Part shown: positions 7,798-10,956 of the stretch, piece after piece
How the letters are laid out: the number at the start of each line of letters is the position of its first letter
How positions within the stretch are numbered: position 1 is the first letter of the stretch
From: Deferribacterales bacterium
GTDB taxonomy: Bacteria; Chrysiogenota; Deferribacteres; Deferribacterales; Geovibrionaceae
Assembly: GCA_050253335.1 (NCBI GenBank)
Contig: JBFWJG010000062.1
Coordinates: 1-10,956, forward strand
Reading direction: 5' to 3'
Length of the DNA stretch: 10,956 nucleotides
Position numbers and translations under genes: made by a program
The notes under the pieces: generated by a model
Told to the model about the DNA's origin: nothing
The model's database searches: none
The model's input: the letters and a program-made list of their open reading frames with translations, nothing else

Positions 7798-8079
7798 TCA
7801 GAAGATTTCCTCGTTAATGGAAATAACCTCAACCTCTCCATAGGATTCAACAAAGTCCATAACAGCGGAGAGCATGCTTTCCGCATGGTGTCTTTCGGCA
7901 GAAACCGTAACAACGGCTATCTCAGCCCTGTTCCATATATCATGGGAGCCGGTTTCGCTTACCGCAATATTGAATTTATTTTTCAGCCTTGCCTTGAGTC
8001 CGGAGATCACCCGCCTTTTATCTTTCAATGAAAAGGCCTGCTCTATCCCAAGCTCAAACACCACAGAAGCTATGATCAT
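7798..8079 (-). CDS. DUF503 (YlxP-like) family protein, 93 aa
   Basis: SLKDKRRVI..LKARLKNKFNIAVSE.G.HD.W.RAEIAV..VS signature; conserved position between infB and rbfA. Start placed at ATG 8079 (MIIASVV). Confidence 0.9.
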   Translation of the reverse strand: MIIASVVFELGIEQAFSLKDKRRVISGLKARLKNKFNIAVSETGSHDIWNRAEIAVVTVSAERHHAESMLSAVMDFVESYGEVEVISINEEIF

Positions 8080-8099
8080 AAGCTTATGCAAACCAATTA

Positions 8100-8131
8100 A
8101 ATCCCCCTCAATCCCCCTTTGCAAAGGGGGA
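8100..8131. repeat. Short palindromic REP-like element (C5 ... C5-hairpin-G5)
   Basis: AATCCCCCT occurs twice (8100-8108, 8110-8118). TCCCCCTTTGCAAAGGGGGA (8112-8131) is a perfect 20-bp palindrome. Confidence 0.7.
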
Positions 8132-8144
8132 AACAGAGAGAAGT

Positions 8145-8324
8145 GTGTTATTCCGCTTCGGCCGCTTCCTGAGCCTTCTGTTTTCCTATCTCTATCGGCG
8201 AACCTGCGTCCTGCGGTTCGCCTGAAACCGCTCGCGCCGCTTGAAAAGCGGCTTCGCTACGCACGGCGCACTTACATCCTGTAAGTGTTATTCCGCTTCG
8301 GCCGCTTCCTGAGCCTTCTGTTTT
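8145..8324. repeat. Exact 40-bp direct repeat (8145-8184 = 8285-8324) duplicating the infB 3' end
   Basis: GTGTTATTCCGCTTCGGCCGCTTCCTGAGCCTTCTGTTTT occurs twice, 140 bp apart. It covers the codons for [11 protein letters not shown], the TAA and 3 nt beyond. Confidence 0.97.
8185..8284. mobile_element. Putative small non-autonomous structured insertion element (100 bp) between the 40-bp repeats
   Basis: GC-rich, non-coding, with three perfect stems (8197-8222, 8236-8252, 8269-8287), bounded by a long exact duplication. No transposase or integrase in the window. Confidence 0.55.
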
Positions 8325-10956
8325 TCAAGATCGCTTTTCTTGACATCGTCCAGCGTTCTTTTTTCTTCTACAGTTATGAAGGCTTCTATTACGTCGCCTT
8401 CTTTAAGGTCGTTGAATTTCTCTATGCCGATACCGCATTCGTATCCGGCCATAACTTCCTTCGCATCGTCCTGAAAGCGTTTGAGAGAAGATATTTTTCC
8501 CTGATACAGAACAATGGAGTTTCTGACAACACGAACTCCGGCGACTCTTGTAACCTTGCCGTCCGTAACGTACGCACCGGCGATTTTGCCGATTTTCGGA
8601 ACGGAGAATACCTGTCTGACTTCTGCCTGACCGATAATCTGCTCTCTGAGATTGGGGTCTATCATACCTTCAAGAGCCTGTTTAACATCGTCCACAATCT
8701 GGTAGATTACAGAATAGAGGTTGATGTCCACGCCTTCTTTCTCGGCTTTTTCTCTGGCTTTCGCATCCGGCCTTACGTTAAAGCCGAATATGATACCGTT
8801 TGAAGCGGCTGTGAGGATGATATCGTTTTCATTGATACCGCCCACTCCGGAGTGAATGATATTAACCTTGATTTCAGTGTTTGTGAGCTTGTTCAGCGAG
8901 TTTTCAAGGGCAGCAAGTGAACCCTGAACATCAGCTTTAAGAACTATGTTAAGTTCTTTCAGTTCGCCTTCCTTAATTTTCGCGAAAAGATCCGCAAGAG
9001 AAACTTTTGTTTTCTCCATAAGAGTTTTTTCACGTTTGTTATCAGCCCTGAGTTCGGCAAGCTGTTTTGCCACTTTCTCATCAGGCGTGACAATGAATCT
9101 GTCGCCTGACTGGGGAACATCGGAGAAGCCCATTATCTCAACGGGTATGGATACGCCCGCTTCTTTAACCGACATGCCCTTATAGTTGAACATGGCTCTT
9201 ACTTTGCCGTGTTCTGTTCCGCAAACGAAGTTATCGCCTTTTTTAAGGCTTCCGTTTCTGATCAGGACAGTGGCAACCGGGCCTTTCTGCTTATCAAGCT
9301 TGGACTCGATGATGATGCCTTCGGCCGGTTTATTGGGGTTGCCCTTGAGGTCGAGCATTTCCGCCTCAAGAAGAACTCTTTCAAGCAGAGTGTCTATGTT
9401 AAGGTTCTTTTTAGCTGATATTTCCTGAAACTGGTGATCCCCGCCCCACTCTTCAGAGATTATGCCGAGGTCGGCAAGCTGGCGTTTTACCATGTCAGGG
9501 TTAGCGTTTTCTTTATCTATTTTGTTTACCGCGACGACAATCTTAACGCCTGCCGCTTTGGAGTGGTCGATCGCTTCTTTGGTCTGGGGCATAACGCCGT
9601 CATCCGCGGCTACCACAAGGATTACAATATCAGTAACCTGAGCACCTCTGGCACGGAGGGTTGTGAACGCCTCGTGACCGGGTGTGTCAAGGAAAACGAT
9701 TTTGCCGTGGTCAAGCTCGACTTCATATGCGCCGATGTGCTGTGTGATCCCGCCCGCTTCTTTTTCCGCAACGGATGTTCTTCTGATTGCGTCAAGAAGA
9801 GATGTTTTACCATGGTCAACGTGTCCCATGACAGTAACAATGGGAGGACGGGGGAGCAGATCTTCGGGCTTGTCCTCAACAGTGGGGAGAAGATCCTCTT
9901 CCGTGACAACTTTGGTTTTGACATCTATGCCGTATTCCGCGGCAAGAAGAGACGCGGTGTCCGCATCCACTGCCTGATTCACGGAAGCCATAATACCGAG
10001 ACCGAGAAGCTTTTTCACAAGTTCGGTCGCTTTGACTGCCATAAGCTTGGCAAGATCGGAAACGATGATGTTTTCGCCTATCTCAACGCTTGAGGGACGT
10101 ACTATGACTTTCTGCTCTACTTCGTGACGCTTCTTGCGCTTATCGTGTCTGGGTCTTGAAGCCTGAGGCTTTCTTTTTGCACTCTCATCAACTTCCTCTT
10201 CCTTTTCCACAACAGCCACAGGAGCAGCAACAACGGCTGCTATCTCGTGCTCTATAGTAAGCTCGTCAAAGCCTTCAGCCACTGTTTTATGGAAGCTTTT
10301 GGGCTTATCCGCTTTTTTAACCGGCTTTTTCTTAACCTCGGTTTTCTGAGGCTCGGGTTTATCTTTTATCTTTTTCTTGATCTCAAGCTTAATTTCATCT
10401 TTAGGAGTCATCCCCGTATTCTGGGCGGGTCTCTGCGGACGTCTGTCGCCGTACTGAGGCCTGTCACCCCTGTCTTTGTCCATGGGACGCCTGTCGCCGT
10501 ACTGGGGTCTGTCGCCCTGAGGACGTCTGTCGCCGTACTGAGGCCTGTCACCCTGAGGACGTCTGTCGCCGTACTGAGGCCTGTCGCCCTGAGGTCTGTC
10601 ACCCTGGGGACGCCTGTCGCCGTACTGGGGTCTGTCGCCCTGAGGACGTCTGTCGCCGTACTGAGGTCTGTCACCCTGTGGGCGTCTGTCGCCGTACTGA
10701 GGTCTGTCACCCTGAGGCCTGTCGCCCTGCGGACGTCTGTCGCCGTACTGAGGTCTGTCGCCCCTGTCATTGTTGTACTGCGGTCTGTCGCCCTGAGGAC
10801 GTCTGTCGCCGTACTGAGGCCTGTCGCCTCTGTCATTAATGTACTGGGGTCTGTCGCCCTGAGGACGTCTGTCGCCGTACTGAGGTCTGTCGCCCTGATG
10901 TCTGGCTCCCTGAGGTCTGTCGCGTCTGTGAGTGTTGTTCTGAGGTGTGTCGCCCT
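8288..10956 (-). CDS. infB: Translation initiation factor IF-2 (5' end outside the window)
   Basis: G-domain motifs [55 protein letters not shown]. Manual translation shows the frame stays open from the ORF-track ATG (10483) to the window edge. Confidence 0.98.
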   Translation of the reverse strand, partial: GDTPQNNTHRRDRPQGARHQGDRPQYGDRRPQGDRPQYINDRGDRPQYGDRRPQGDRPQYNNDRGDRPQYGDRRPQGDRPQGDRPQYGDRRPQGDRPQYGDRRPQGDRPQYGDRRPQGDRPQGDRPQYGDRRPQGDRPQYGDRRPQGDRPQYGDRRPMDKDRGDRPQYGDRRPQRPAQNTGMTPKDEIKLEIKKKIKDKPEPQKTEVKKKPVKKADKPKSFHKTVAEGFDELTIEHEIAAVVAAPVAVVEKEEEVDESAKRKPQASRPRHDKRKKRHEVEQKVIVRPSSVEIGENIIVSDLAKLMAVKATELVKKLLGLGIMASVNQAVDADTASLLAAEYGIDVKTKVVTEEDLLPTVEDKPEDLLPRPPIVTVMGHVDHGKTSLLDAIRRTSVAEKEAGGITQHIGAYEVELDHGKIVFLDTPGHEAFTTLRARGAQVTDIVILVVAADDGVMPQTKEAIDHSKAAGVKIVVAVNKIDKENANPDMVKRQLADLGIISEEWGGDHQFQEISAKKNLNIDTLLERVLLEAEMLDLKGNPNKPAEGIIIESKLDKQKGPVATVLIRNGSLKKGDNFVCGTEHGKVRAMFNYKGMSVKEAGVSIPVEIMGFSDVPQSGDRFIVTPDEKVAKQLAELRADNKREKTLMEKTKVSLADLFAKIKEGELKELNIVLKADVQGSLAALENSLNKLTNTEIKVNIIHSGVGGINENDIILTAASNGIIFGFNVRPDAKAREKAEKEGVDINLYSVIYQIVDDVKQALEGMIDPNLREQIIGQAEVRQVFSVPKIGKIAGAYVTDGKVTRVAGVRVVRNSIVLYQGKISSLKRFQDDAKEVMAGYECGIGIEKFNDLKEGDVIEAFITVEEKRTLDDVKKSDLEKQKAQEAAEAE
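10433..10894 (-). repeat. Coding tandem repeat in infB: 154 aa of [12 protein letters not shown] units
   Basis: 12x GDRPQY, 9x GDRRPQ, 1x GDRRPM, 2x GDRPQ and spacers INDR, NNDR, DKDR. Basic DNA period 18/36 nt. Confidence 0.95.

Noticed and set aside
8080..8124. ORF-track N-terminal extension of DUF503 (likewise the extensions of rpsO to 6417, TSUP to 1173 and the regulator to 1271)
   Set aside because: The extensions run through palindromic or promoter DNA. Downstream ATGs give family-typical lengths and, for rpsO, TSUP and the regulator, have clear SD sequences.
8148..8264. 38-codon GTG-started minus-strand ORF crossing the insert and ending in the duplicated IF2 tail ([11 protein letters not shown]), or a -1 frameshift extension of IF2 into this frame
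   Set aside because: No well-placed SD and no canonical slippery heptamer. An open frame of this length in GC-rich DNA is expected by chance.
566..10093. Numerous antisense and alternative-frame ORFs (e.g. 566-919, 5170-5580, 7874-8284, 8285-8803, 9434-10093)
   Set aside because: They overlap well-supported conserved genes and show no recognisable domains.
10408..10836. 142-aa alternative-frame ORF (TDLSTATDV repeats)
   Set aside because: Shadow frame of the infB repeat, which lacks stops because of its repetitiveness. Variation is synonymous in the infB frame, not in this one.
10433..10894. Repeat array as a possible CRISPR
   Set aside because: Units are contiguous with no unique spacers, vary at synonymous codon positions, and lie in frame within infB.

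Overview
Bacterial chromosomal window. The gene order and protein character suggest an anaerobe of the Deferribacterota/deltaproteobacterial type; this is an inference. About 8.7 kb is the conserved minus-strand cluster infB (5' end outside the window) - DUF503/YlxP - rbfA - truB - rpsO - pnp - M16 peptidase - dut. The first 2.3 kb looks accessory: a TSUP (TauE/SafE) transporter transcribed divergently from an excisionase-HTH + PBP (TaoR-like) regulator, with a 10-bp-phased TATCA repeat array between them. Just downstream of the transporter is a 5'-truncated, twice-frameshifted YoeB/Txe toxin pseudogene that the ORF track misses. The most unusual signals are: (i) a 100-bp three-hairpin element right after the infB stop, flanked by an exact 40-bp duplication of the infB 3' end and next to a second C5/G5 palindromic element; (ii) a 154-aa hierarchical [12 protein letters not shown] repeat in the IF2 N-terminal region; (iii) the dead toxin beside the transporter/regulator module.
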